From a virus: 64,000 bases of DNA. A model generated the notes under the pieces. That model saw only the letters and a program-made list of their open reading frames with translations. It searched no databases and had not been told where the DNA came from. Of the stretch, positions 49,271-59,168 are shown piece by piece. Positions within the stretch are counted from its first letter, which is position 1, and the number at the start of each line of letters is the position of its first letter. Position numbers and translations under genes: made by a program. The stretch lies in IMG/VR virus record IMGVR_UViG_3300020152_000021, positions 19,868 through 83,867 of that record, one strand, 5' to 3'.

Positions 49271-49302
49271 GAAGCCCTCCTTAGGGAGGGTTTTCTTTTT
49301 TT
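49271..49302 (+). terminator. Intrinsic terminator closing the array
   Basis: GAAGCCCTCC-TTAG-GGAGGGTTTTC followed by TTTTTTT. Confidence 0.8.
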
Positions 49303-49348
49303 ACTCCTCGTTCGTATTTTATGATTTTCCTCTGGAAGAAAAAAGAAT

Positions 49349-50890
49349 ATGGACACTAGAACTATATTAGCAAAAATTATTACTCTTATTTATAAGACAA
49401 GATTGTTGAATAACTTAGAGAATGATGATCTTATTCGCACTGTTTTAGGGACCATCAAGACAGATTCTCCTGAGTTTAATTTCCTCGGAAATAACTCTCT
49501 TAAGAATTTTAAGGATATGTGCACCAGTCTTCTCGATGAGAAAGACTATATCCCAAAAGAAGTATTATCGCAGCAACTAAGTATCATTTTGGAAAATGAT
49601 CCTAAACTGTTAGCAGTTATTAAAGAATCCATCGAGACTGAACATGATGAAGCTTCCAGTAAGCGTATTGTTACCAGTCATATCAAAACTCTTAACAATT
49701 ACTACAAAGAACGTGTTGCCGTAGATATTCTGTCTAAAGCAACTTATGATCTAAAGTTCAATCGTAATAAAATTGCTAACTTTAGTGATTACTTAAAGAA
49801 CACCTTAGTAGAACTAGAACCATTGACAAATATGGTTTCTAGCATGAAAGATCCTGCTGTTGTGAATGAAGTAGACTTTGAGAATCCTGATTCAGTTACG
49901 ACGGTGTTTGAAGAAGTTAGAAATATCAATAACAACAGCGGTGTATATAAGTTTGGTTGGCAAGGTGCTAACCGGATGACACAAGGTGGTGTTCGTCGTG
50001 GTGAAGCAGTTGGTGTAGAAGCTTTGCAGCATAAGTACAAAACAGGTTCTACTTTGAGTATGTTTATGCAGATTGCGTTGTTCAATACACCCATTGTTAC
50101 TAAAGCAGAAGCTGAAGCTAATAAGAAACCTTTGTTGCTGCGTATTTCGTTTGAAGATAGTCTCACCACCAATCTTCAGTTCATGTACCAGTACTTGAAG
50201 GAATCTGAAGGTATCCATGTCAGTAAGCGTGACTTTGAAGAGTTGCCTGCTGCTGAGATGAAAGACTATGTCATTCGTCGTCTGACAGCTACTGGCTTCC
50301 ATATTAAGATGCGAAGGGTTGATCCATCTCAATGGACTTATTCTTCACTTCTGAATTACATTATCGAACTGGAAGCACAAGGTTATGCGGTTCATGTGTT
50401 AATGGTTGACTACCTGTTGATGATGCCTACCACTGGTTGTATTCAAGGTGCTTTGGGTGCAGATAAACGCGATATGGTGCGTCGTGTACGTAACTTCTGT
50501 TCTGCTCGTGATATTGCATTCATTACGCCATTCCAGCTATCAACTGAAGCGAATCAGCTACTAAGAAATGGTGTTCCTGAACATCAATTCGTCAATGAGA
50601 TTGCTGAGAAGAACTATACAGACGGCTGTAAGACGATTGGTCAAGAGTTAGATCTTGAACTCTATGTCCATTGCTTCATTCATAAGCGTAAGAAGTATTT
50701 AGCGTTACGACGAGGTAAACATCGTGGTCGTCCTGATATTCCTGTAGAAGATAAATTCTGCATGTACAAATTCCCTGCTTTGAATATTCCTGTATTGGAT
50801 GATATCAATGGGGATGATGCTTCGTTTACTAAGCTACCTAAGGACTATGAAGATGGTTCTGGTAATATTCTAGAAGAAGTAATCGGTTAA
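49349..50890 (+). CDS. Replicative DnaB-like helicase (phiKZ gp118-like)
   Basis: GGVRRGE...ALQHKYKTG variant Walker A, ISFED, VDYL, TPFQLS, RGKHRG. Confidence 0.8.
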   Translation: MDTRTILAKIITLIYKTRLLNNLENDDLIRTVLGTIKTDSPEFNFLGNNSLKNFKDMCTSLLDEKDYIPKEVLSQQLSIILENDPKLLAVIKESIETEHDEASSKRIVTSHIKTLNNYYKERVAVDILSKATYDLKFNRNKIANFSDYLKNTLVELEPLTNMVSSMKDPAVVNEVDFENPDSVTTVFEEVRNINNNSGVYKFGWQGANRMTQGGVRRGEAVGVEALQHKYKTGSTLSMFMQIALFNTPIVTKAEAEANKKPLLLRISFEDSLTTNLQFMYQYLKESEGIHVSKRDFEELPAAEMKDYVIRRLTATGFHIKMRRVDPSQWTYSSLLNYIIELEAQGYAVHVLMVDYLLMMPTTGCIQGALGADKRDMVRRVRNFCSARDIAFITPFQLSTEANQLLRNGVPEHQFVNEIAEKNYTDGCKTIGQELDLELYVHCFIHKRKKYLALRRGKHRGRPDIPVEDKFCMYKFPALNIPVLDDINGDDASFTKLPKDYEDGSGNILEEVIG

Positions 50891-50899
50891 AGGAAACTT

Positions 50900-51178
50900 A
50901 TGATTCATAAAAAGAAAAGTAAGGACACGTTGTTAAAGAGACTTATACGTAAGTATTTTAAATTTAACGACAATATCAGATTAACTGATATCGAGTTCAA
51001 GCTTGATAAAGCTGTAAAAGAAGGAAGCATGTTCAGGATTTGTGGCACTATTTACTATCCAACTTGTCCTCCTCCTCACACTGATAAAAACTGGTATATC
51101 AAAATTTGTGCTGTGGTTATTTTTGGTGTTAAAGTTTTATCTTTTACTGCTATTAATCTTGACCACAATAAAGTTTAA
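50900..51178 (+). CDS. Hypothetical protein
   Basis: 92-aa ORF, RBS AAGGA. Confidence 0.5.
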   Translation: MIHKKKSKDTLLKRLIRKYFKFNDNIRLTDIEFKLDKAVKEGSMFRICGTIYYPTCPPPHTDKNWYIKICAVVIFGVKVLSFTAINLDHNKV

Positions 51179-51201
51179 ACAAACTAAGGATAACAATTAA
51201 T

Positions 51202-52098
51202 ATGAACATCGAACGCGCAGAAAAACAATATCTCGACGGCTTAAGCCATATCTACCATAACGGTACTGATCTAAAGAACGCTCGTACTGGAGAAGTATGT
51301 CGTACAGTCATCAATCTCGATATGACTTATGACGGTACCACGAATAAAGCTCCGATTCTTACTACTCGTAAGATCGTAAATCCCTATCTTCCGATTGCTG
51401 AATTCCTCGGATATATTCGCGGTGTTCGTTCAGCAGCACAAATGCGTGCTCTCGGTACTAAGTCGTGGGACGCTAATGCGAATGAAAATGCTGCATGGTT
51501 AAACAATCCTAACCGTGTAGGTGAAGATGACTTGGGATTGATTTATGGCGCTGTAGCTAAAAATTGGCCGGTCGATACGAATCCATACGCTGATATTTAT
51601 TCTCGTAAACAAACAATCGATCTTTTCCATAAAGTCTATAATAATTTAAAGAAGGGTATTGATGATCGAGGTGAAATCATTACCTTCTGGAATCCTGGTA
51701 TGTTCCATCTTGGATGCTTGCGTCCTTGTATGTACGAGCACCAGTTTTCTTTGTTAGGTGATGATCTATATTTGAACTCTACTCAGCGTAGTAGTGATTG
51801 GCCTTTGGGTACAACTGCTAATATGGTTCAAGTCTGGTTGTTCTTGCGTCTGATGGCGCAGATCACTGGTAAGAATCCTAAGTATGCTTACCATCGTAAT
51901 GTGAATTGCCACATTTACGGTAATCAGCTAAAAGACGTTCCAACACAATTAGAGCGTCCTATGTTAGCTGAACCGACGATTGATATCAATCCGGATATTA
52001 AGACGTTGGAAGATCTGGAAACTTGGGTAACTGTAAATGATTTTATCATCACTTATCCTGAAGCACATCCTCCTATTAAGTACGCATTTTCAGTATAA
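51202..52098 (+). CDS. thyA: Thymidylate synthase
   Basis: LTTRK, LGLIYG, LRPC catalytic Cys, QRSSDWPLG, HIYGNQ. Confidence 0.92.
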   Translation: MNIERAEKQYLDGLSHIYHNGTDLKNARTGEVCRTVINLDMTYDGTTNKAPILTTRKIVNPYLPIAEFLGYIRGVRSAAQMRALGTKSWDANANENAAWLNNPNRVGEDDLGLIYGAVAKNWPVDTNPYADIYSRKQTIDLFHKVYNNLKKGIDDRGEIITFWNPGMFHLGCLRPCMYEHQFSLLGDDLYLNSTQRSSDWPLGTTANMVQVWLFLRLMAQITGKNPKYAYHRNVNCHIYGNQLKDVPTQLERPMLAEPTIDINPDIKTLEDLETWVTVNDFIITYPEAHPPIKYAFSV

Positions 52099-52109
52099 AT
52101 ATAAGTAAT

Positions 52110-52150
52110 GCTCACAGAGAGGGTTATCCTTCTCTGTGAGTTTGTTTTTT
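52110..52150 (+). terminator. Intrinsic terminator
   Basis: CTCACAGAGAGG...CTTCTCTGTGAG plus T-tract. Confidence 0.75.
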
Positions 52151-52192
52151 GTTTGATCATATATTTATTAATTGTCCATTAAAGGAGATTGT

Positions 52193-52459
52193 ATGTCTAA
52201 AGAACAGACAATTGCATTCCTCAATAAACACGGGTTTACAGTGATTGCAGACAGTGGCGATCGAGTATGGTTAGATTCTTTAGGCAAAGAAGCGTATGAT
52301 GTGCCTATTGTTCAAATTCTCGTGTTTCGTAATTCCGTAGGAACTTTTTCAATCGATATCAATGGAGGTGGCTTTTTAGCACCTTTGTTTGGGTTAGAAC
52401 GCGAACTACTTCAGTATCTTGATAACTTTCATCCGGGATGGAAAGATCCTGGAGATTAA
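52193..52459 (+). CDS. Hypothetical protein
   Basis: ATG after AAAGGAG. Confidence 0.6.
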   Translation: MSKEQTIAFLNKHGFTVIADSGDRVWLDSLGKEAYDVPIVQILVFRNSVGTFSIDINGGGFLAPLFGLERELLQYLDNFHPGWKDPGD

Positions 52460-52543
52460 ATAGAAGAGACTCCTTAGAGTCTTTTCTATTTTTAAGACAA
52501 CTAACTATATTTTGATTTTTTATTAAAACAATAGGAGTCTATT

Positions 52544-52867
52544 ATGAACATCAGGTTTAGAAATGTATTTTTAGGTATTGGTGGTTTCCTTACACTGTTA
52601 GTACTTCTGATGAGTGACCCGGATGGTGGTTTGATTAAAAACCTTCCGTTTGGTGCAGGAACTCTCAGTATTCTTATTGTTCTTGTTAGTAGTATTCTGT
52701 ATATTGGTGTACTCCATCTAGGACGTAAATCCTTGATCGATTATATCAATCTAGAGCAATACTTTAAGAAAGCTTTGTTAACGCCAGAAGGCGCTGGTTT
52801 AGCTCTGATCGGTGTCGGTTTAATGATGGTTAGTATTGCACTTGTTATTTTGGCGGCAGTAAAATGA
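52544..52867 (+). CDS. Three-helix membrane protein (holin-like topology)
   Basis: Three hydrophobic segments in 107 aa; RBS AGGAG. Confidence 0.6.
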   Translation: MNIRFRNVFLGIGGFLTLLVLLMSDPDGGLIKNLPFGAGTLSILIVLVSSILYIGVLHLGRKSLIDYINLEQYFKKALLTPEGAGLALIGVGLMMVSIALVILAAVK

Positions 52868-52871
52868 AATT

Positions 52872-53174
52872 ATGCAAGAACCAGTCATTACAACTACTGA
52901 TGCTTTTGCATTCAGTAAAGAGTATTTTATTGCCATAAAAGAAGCACTGATAAAAAACGAAAATACTAATAACATCCATTTTGTTATCCACGCTAATAAC
53001 AATAATCTTAAATTGGAAAATGTTCCTGTTTACAGAAGACATTATAGTTATGAAGTGGTGTATTCAGTGGACGTTAAAACACTGAGAAAACAACACTCAG
53101 ATATAGATTTATTAACAGCAAGTGTAATGAATACACTTTATAATCAATTCAAACCTAGATTGGTTATTCACTAA
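52872..53174 (+). CDS. Hypothetical protein
   Basis: 100-aa ORF followed by a hairpin at 53183-53213. Confidence 0.5.
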   Translation: MQEPVITTTDAFAFSKEYFIAIKEALIKNENTNNIHFVIHANNNNLKLENVPVYRRHYSYEVVYSVDVKTLRKQHSDIDLLTASVMNTLYNQFKPRLVIH

Positions 53175-53266
53175 CAAACAAGTATACCAACAGGATTATT
53201 TCCTGTTGGTATATTTTTACTGTTTTTGGAATTCTGTGCTATATATTCTACTATGAAAGTATATTT

Positions 53267-53812
53267 ATGAAGAACTTTATTAAAAGGCTTATTGCTGGTA
53301 AAGAACTAAACGAATTAAATAGATGGAAAGTATATTGGCAAGAATACAGGCAATGGTTAGCTAACTATCCTACCATTGCTATGACCTTAGATAATCTTAG
53401 AAATGAAATAGATGGACAAAAGAATAAAAATTGTTCCCATCCTCCTACCCGTAAAGGACCTTGGGATATTTCTGGGCTAAGAAAACATCTTACTAGAATT
53501 TACGCTAGAGAAGAAATTGCTACTCTAGATGATTTTACTCAAGACTGGACCTGTATGGAAATCAAACAAGTCGATAAGACTACAGAAGAACAAAAAGATG
53601 CTCGTATCGCTGAATTAGAAAAGCAATTAAAAGATGCTTCTGATTTAGTAATTGAGCAGCAAAGAACTATTAATACGCTTCGCACTGTATGTGGTGAAGC
53701 TTACGAACTTGCTGGTTCTTATGAGAAGGTTCATTTGCAGGCTCTAGATAATCTTTACGCAGCTTCTATTGGACAACCATTACCTCATCCGACATTCTTA
53801 CCTATCGAATAA
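53267..53812 (+). CDS. Hypothetical protein with coiled-coil
   Basis: KDARIAELEKQL segment. Confidence 0.55.
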   Translation: MKNFIKRLIAGKELNELNRWKVYWQEYRQWLANYPTIAMTLDNLRNEIDGQKNKNCSHPPTRKGPWDISGLRKHLTRIYAREEIATLDDFTQDWTCMEIKQVDKTTEEQKDARIAELEKQLKDASDLVIEQQRTINTLRTVCGEAYELAGSYEKVHLQALDNLYAASIGQPLPHPTFLPIE

Positions 53813-54339
53813 TGAAGGAATATATCATGCCAATACATAAACAGATGCAGGAAACTGTAGCTAAGGTTTTAGGTTACGAACAAGCGTGGACTAAGAATTA
53901 CGGTCACGGTACTAACAACGATGGCAGTGACGTCCTTCTGTGGACTAAGGACGAGAACGGTAAGTTAATGATGGGGTGGAATCCTCAAGAAAACGATGCT
54001 GATCTCTTTAAGCTTTGTCTTCAGATGGGCGTGACCGTAGAACTTGATAAAGATACGCAAACAGTTACTGCTACTTATATCAGTCCTTTAGGTAATCCAG
54101 GAAAACTTCCTAATGTAGTTAGTGCGTTTTATGGCACGCTAGACTTTGTTCCTGTTGCTCGTAGAATCGCTTTTAGCGCTTGCTATGAAATGGCAAAAGC
54201 GATTCTTCATAAAAGAGATAAAGCTAACGATTGTCAACCAGCTTTAGTAGATAAACCATCCACGGGTCCGGTAACTACGATTACATTAGATAAATCTAAA
54301 ACTCAGTATTACATTCCAAGTCCTGTAAGAAAAGAATAA
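53812..54339 (+). CDS. Hypothetical protein
   Basis: TAATG coupling to the upstream gene; WNPQENDADLFKL motif. Confidence 0.6.
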   Translation: MKEYIMPIHKQMQETVAKVLGYEQAWTKNYGHGTNNDGSDVLLWTKDENGKLMMGWNPQENDADLFKLCLQMGVTVELDKDTQTVTATYISPLGNPGKLPNVVSAFYGTLDFVPVARRIAFSACYEMAKAILHKRDKANDCQPALVDKPSTGPVTTITLDKSKTQYYIPSPVRKE

Positions 54340-54346
54340 TAGAAGT

Positions 54347-54466
54347 ATGAACTCTGCACTTTATATACTTCACATAGTAGATGATTTTGGTAATCAAATT
54401 CGTCCATGTGATCTTCCCTATGATGTTTATGTAACTCGTTATAATTTCTTTAACGAGGCATATTAA
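54347..54466 (+). CDS. Possible 39-aa small protein (not in ORF track)
   Basis: MNSALYILHIVDDFGNQIRPCDLPYDVYVTRYNFFNEAY fills the intergenic gap almost exactly; weak RBS. Confidence 0.35.
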   Translation: MNSALYILHIVDDFGNQIRPCDLPYDVYVTRYNFFNEAY

Positions 54467-54480
54467 ATCGGAGAACAATA

Positions 54481-55530
54481 ATGTTTAAGTTTGGAACCAT
54501 AGAAGAATTTCACGTATGGTCTTTCTGGAGATTTTATTGGGCTAGAAAAGGTTTCTGCCCAGCTCATACTAGATACTTTGCAAACCTCTTTGGTCGTTTG
54601 TATTTCCATAAGACTGGTAATAATCAATCGTACAGAAGGTTTTCTGATGATGACTATATTTTCGGTCCTCTGACTGTCGCAAAGGTAAATTATAAAGCGT
54701 TTAGTCTTGCGCTTAGTAGTGCTAATGAAGATGCTGAAGATAAATACTGTTCTTTGACTGGATATGCATTTGGTTATGGTTTCAGATTAAACCTACCACA
54801 TATCGTTAAGCCTTTTAAGGTTAAAGTTAAAGCAGATAGTTGGGATGAAGCCACTATTGCTCGATTGGGTAGAGATTGGTACTATAACTACTATACTAGA
54901 GAATATGGTTTTTCTATTCATGAAGGTCATTTCTCAATTCGTTATGGTGTTCAGAATGACAATGGTTATGGTAGCAAAGTTCCTAGAAGATATTGGGGTT
55001 GCTTCCTTCCTTGGACGCAATGGCGGTTTGTAAGACATAGTCTTTATAACGATAAAGGTGAAATCTTCTGTCATTATTTAAATAAACTTGATAAGAAGAT
55101 TACAGATGTGTATGAATTAAAAGGAAAATGCCCTGCTGTTCATTTTCTTATTGAAGATTATGATGGTGATCTAATTGTCGCTAAAACTATTCTCGAAGAA
55201 AGAGAATGGCATAAAGGCGAAGGTTGGTTCAAATGGCTTTCTTTCTTTGTTAAACCTATGATTAATACTGTTCTTGATATCGAATACAGTCATCAAGTAG
55301 GTAGAGGAAAACACTCTTGGAAAGGTGGTTTAATGGGGCATTCAATCTCTATTAAACATATTGACAATCGTGAAGAGGTGTTCCGTAATTATTGTAACGA
55401 AGAGCATAGATGTAAAGAAGGTAAGTACCGAATTAAATTCATCAAGAAGCTTGAGCTTCATGAAGTCGATCAGTACATGCCTAAAAAGAAAGTAGAAGAT
55501 ACTTGTGATGAAGTAGCTAAGAAGCAATAA
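54481..55530 (+). CDS. Hypothetical aromatic-rich phage protein
   Basis: 349 aa, RBS GGAG; LPWTQWRFVRHSLY and GSWKGG-like motifs. Confidence 0.65.
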   Translation: MFKFGTIEEFHVWSFWRFYWARKGFCPAHTRYFANLFGRLYFHKTGNNQSYRRFSDDDYIFGPLTVAKVNYKAFSLALSSANEDAEDKYCSLTGYAFGYGFRLNLPHIVKPFKVKVKADSWDEATIARLGRDWYYNYYTREYGFSIHEGHFSIRYGVQNDNGYGSKVPRRYWGCFLPWTQWRFVRHSLYNDKGEIFCHYLNKLDKKITDVYELKGKCPAVHFLIEDYDGDLIVAKTILEEREWHKGEGWFKWLSFFVKPMINTVLDIEYSHQVGRGKHSWKGGLMGHSISIKHIDNREEVFRNYCNEEHRCKEGKYRIKFIKKLELHEVDQYMPKKKVEDTCDEVAKKQ

Positions 55531-55533
55531 GAA

Positions 55534-55565
55534 ACATCCACCAGAGAGCAATCTCTGGTGGATGT
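55534..55565. terminator. Bidirectional terminator hairpin
   Basis: ACATCCACCAGAGA-GCAA-TCTCTGGTGGATGT between convergent genes. Confidence 0.8.
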
Positions 55566-55567
55566 CT

Positions 55568-58158
55568 TTACGCTTGTGTAGAGAGTGTTACGTAACCCGA
55601 TAGATTCACTCTCTCAGGTTTACCACCAGTCACGAGTCTAACAACGTTCGTTAAGAAACGATACTGGAACAAATTAAGATCAATAACATCATTACCAATA
55701 TGAGGATGGATTTCAACTATGTTATCTTCTTTCACCGTTTTGAGCGGATCAATCGAGAAAATAGTTTTATACTGATTATCCAACAACTGAATAATAGTAC
55801 CATCGTCATACGGTGTAGTATATAAAGATACCGGAATATTACCGTCAATGAGATCATGAATGATCTTACTGATAGTCGGTGAATACAGATAATGATGATC
55901 AGAGATAACGTTGAATCATTGATCGTAGGTTCTTTGAACACTTGGTTAAAGAGTCCAGAGATACGATTGTTAAGTTCTAAATTCTTCTCATATAAAGGTA
56001 AGGTATCTAAACCAGTTACTTCTTTAATAGGAATCAACGGTTCAGAAAGAACGTAAGGATAACCGTTTAACGGATCTGCTAGTCTTACGGTGTTATCGTC
56101 TTCAGAGAAACGAATAGTCCTTCTGTCTTTTAGTTTACCTCTAACAAAAATAGAGAATACTCTATCGTCACGAATATCATAAAACTTATTACGAGTAAGA
56201 ACACCGTTATTCACGAAGCCTCTGATTTCGTTCTTATTGATATCAGCTTTATCTAAGGTATAACCATGCATACGAATATGAATCGATTGCTTTTCTTTAG
56301 TGTAATCTAAATAGGTTTTATTGCAGATAGAAATATATGGAAGATTAATGAAATAATCTAACTGGTAGTTAAGCTTCTTACCATTTACAAACACATCGAT
56401 AGAACGATATGGAAGGTCAATCGGATGTTTTTGTAGTCCAGTACCTCTATCTTCTTCAATCGTTAACGGGAAGAACAATACACCATCAACAATAGGAAGT
56501 TCGAGATCATAGACAACCGGTTGATCTAAATAAACAATCTTAACCTTCTTACCTTCTGATTCATTTACAGTAAGAGTGTTACCAGTAATAGTGCAACGAC
56601 TAGAGATTTCGGTGATATCTTCCCAGTTACTTATTCTAGTTACACCATTGAAATAAGCAGAAAGGATTTTGTATTCAGCGTCTCTTAAAGTGGCTGTGCC
56701 GTTATGCTCTAAGTAAGCACCAAAATGAGTAGGAGTAGTTCCTTTAAGGAACTCTACATATTTAGTATCTTCGCTAGAAGCTGTATACATAGGACCGTTC
56801 GTAATAAACGTTCCAGTAAACTCACCTCTCACGTTGTATTCAAAAGCGTAGGATTGATTCTGATACAAATAAGGAACTTCGATGTTACGATCTGCTGTAT
56901 CTAATACCACAGGAGAATAACCAAAGTAATAAGCAACGCCGTTATACCCAACAGCAGAAGTAGCAAGTTCCTTACTGATCTGTTTAATTTGTGTAGCAGA
57001 AGCTAAATTAAAGTAATCACTATTCTCTAAGGTTTCTGCTCTTAGTTCAGTGATCGTATACCCTGTATTAGAGAGAACATTTAGTTCTACTTCTTGCGGA
57101 AGTTTATACAGCTCATGCAACTTTAGCGAGCTGTGAATCAATTCTCTCTTTAAACCAGATTTCCGGGTATACAGAACGATGATCTTATCCGAAATAGAAC
57201 CAGTGGTTAACTCCGACAGCGTGGTCGCTTGATTATTGACAAAGCTAGTATATAAGCTATAGTCTTTATCACTGACATTCCGTACCGCATATTCTTTATG
57301 TTCATAAAAGAATAATCCTTTCGTTACTAATTCATTGTCAGTTGAGATATAGATTTCATTATCGTCATCATACTGAATCCGATTGATAATCTTATCCCTA
57401 AACAACAAGTATTTTAGCTTGTTGTCTTTAGTCGATTCAAACGTTCTCAACGAACCAATACTCACCTTTTCTTTCGATAAGATCGATTGGTCGTAGAGAA
57501 TCTCGATATAACTATTATTAGGAATATTCAGGTTTAAGTTATCGGTATAGTAACCGTTGACATACACGATTGTGTTACCACCGAACGTTTCGTAGTTCTT
57601 GATCTTCGTTTGAATAGCGACCTTATCAACATTAGTCGATACTAAACTTAACTCGCATTGAATACCGATCTTGTAAGTAAGAGAACCAAATTCATCAGAA
57701 TTAAAATAACTATTGCTATATACCCGCAGATACTTAAAGGACTTAATATCGAATGATCTCTTTAACGATTCATTGGAACGAATAGCAATCAAGATACTAT
57801 TTTCATCAATGAACGAGTAAAAGATATGTTGTCTAGGGAACAAAACACCATGTTCGTTATACACTTGTAAAATGTAATTACGAACATTCATATCGTCTTG
57901 TACATTATACCAGACATCTCTAAACCAATTCTTATCTTGCTTTAACAAGTTCAAGAAAGTAGGATTGAGATTACCTATGACAAACACATGAAATGAATCA
58001 GTATTGTCAGGTAAAGACTTCATTACGTTATACACTGTCACCGATCGCTTAACAGGAAAATCAGCTTTGTTTACTCGATTAAGAGCAAAACAATATTGTC
58101 GATCTTGAGAAGGAGCACAGTAAATATTTTCTATCGCAAACTTCTGTATTTCATGCAT
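55568..58158 (-). CDS. Large virion structural protein (phiKZ gp27-like) with an apparent frameshift near 55914
   Basis: The 808-aa ORF and the 72-aa ORF join into one ~863-aa protein if one base is restored near 55914. Confidence 0.7.
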
Positions 58159-59094
58159 TTACTCCTCCTTGTAATCTCTGGTAATGCCGATTAACGCTTT
58201 CAAGAATTCATCGCCTTTACCACGCTTATCTAATTTGTCAACGATACCAGCGATATAACTCTTCTTAAAAGAGCGTTGGGTCAGAGAGGAGTACACTAGA
58301 CTAATCCATGTCGGAGGATGTTCTAAGGATAACATAGCGAGTTCTTTACCCATGTTACCGATCCAGTTATTGGCGACCAGATTTACCATTACGTTCAAGT
58401 CTAAGTTCTTTAAACGAATGTTCTTCGTCACATCGTAACACGCTTTACAGAAGTCTTCGATGTTTTCCAAATCACCGATTTGATCTTTCACTTCTTCCAG
58501 CAATTTCGGAATGATAATGTCATCTTGACTTCTGACTAATAACTTAGTGAAATCATCGTCTGTGTAATTATCCGTGAACAATCTGGAATAGTAAATCAAT
58601 GCAAGTATCTTTAATTGCAGTTGATTGTTCATATCCAAGCCGAATTTCTTGGTTAAATTATCTGATAGCCATGTAGCAAAGGCAAAGTGTGCTAGTTTGA
58701 GAGTATAAAGAGCGCTCTCTTTTTCCACAAACCACATTGCAGTAAGAATAAATCTCTGAAGCGCAAGCTGATATTCGCTTTCGTTTCTGATTTCATAGCT
58801 CTCTTTATCATCAGACAGTTTCACGCAACTTCTAAGATCAAGCGCAATCCATTTGTTCTCGACGTTGATGATTGGATGATTAAATACCGGAATACTCTTT
58901 TCAACATCGCTTAACCCATACAGGATAACAGGGTTAAGCGTTACATGTAAATTAGAGAACGGTTTGATCTTTACTTTCTCTTTTTCCTTAATATAAATGT
59001 AGTCTATAGTGATGTATCTATTAATATTTGCTATAGTATCTGCATTGTTAATGAGTTTAAGCGTTTTAAACTGATATGGTTCTTTAAGTAACAT
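58159..59094 (-). CDS. Virion structural protein (phiKZ gp28-like)
   Basis: IPVFNHPI and LEHPPTW motifs; divergent from the sheath gene. Confidence 0.65.
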   Translation of the reverse strand: MLLKEPYQFKTLKLINNADTIANINRYITIDYIYIKEKEKVKIKPFSNLHVTLNPVILYGLSDVEKSIPVFNHPIINVENKWIALDLRSCVKLSDDKESYEIRNESEYQLALQRFILTAMWFVEKESALYTLKLAHFAFATWLSDNLTKKFGLDMNNQLQLKILALIYYSRLFTDNYTDDDFTKLLVRSQDDIIIPKLLEEVKDQIGDLENIEDFCKACYDVTKNIRLKNLDLNVMVNLVANNWIGNMGKELAMLSLEHPPTWISLVYSSLTQRSFKKSYIAGIVDKLDKRGKGDEFLKALIGITRDYKEE

Positions 59095-59168
59095 AGCCTT
59101 TTTCCTTTGGAAAAATAGTGTGAATTTATTCAAAAAATTGTTTTACTTTTTGGTTAGGAGTGTTTAAG

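Noticed and set aside
49165-49356. 63-aa minus-strand ORF with repeated GTL..IDSF
   Set aside because: The peptide periodicity is a by-product of the 36-nt array period; it also crosses the terminator.
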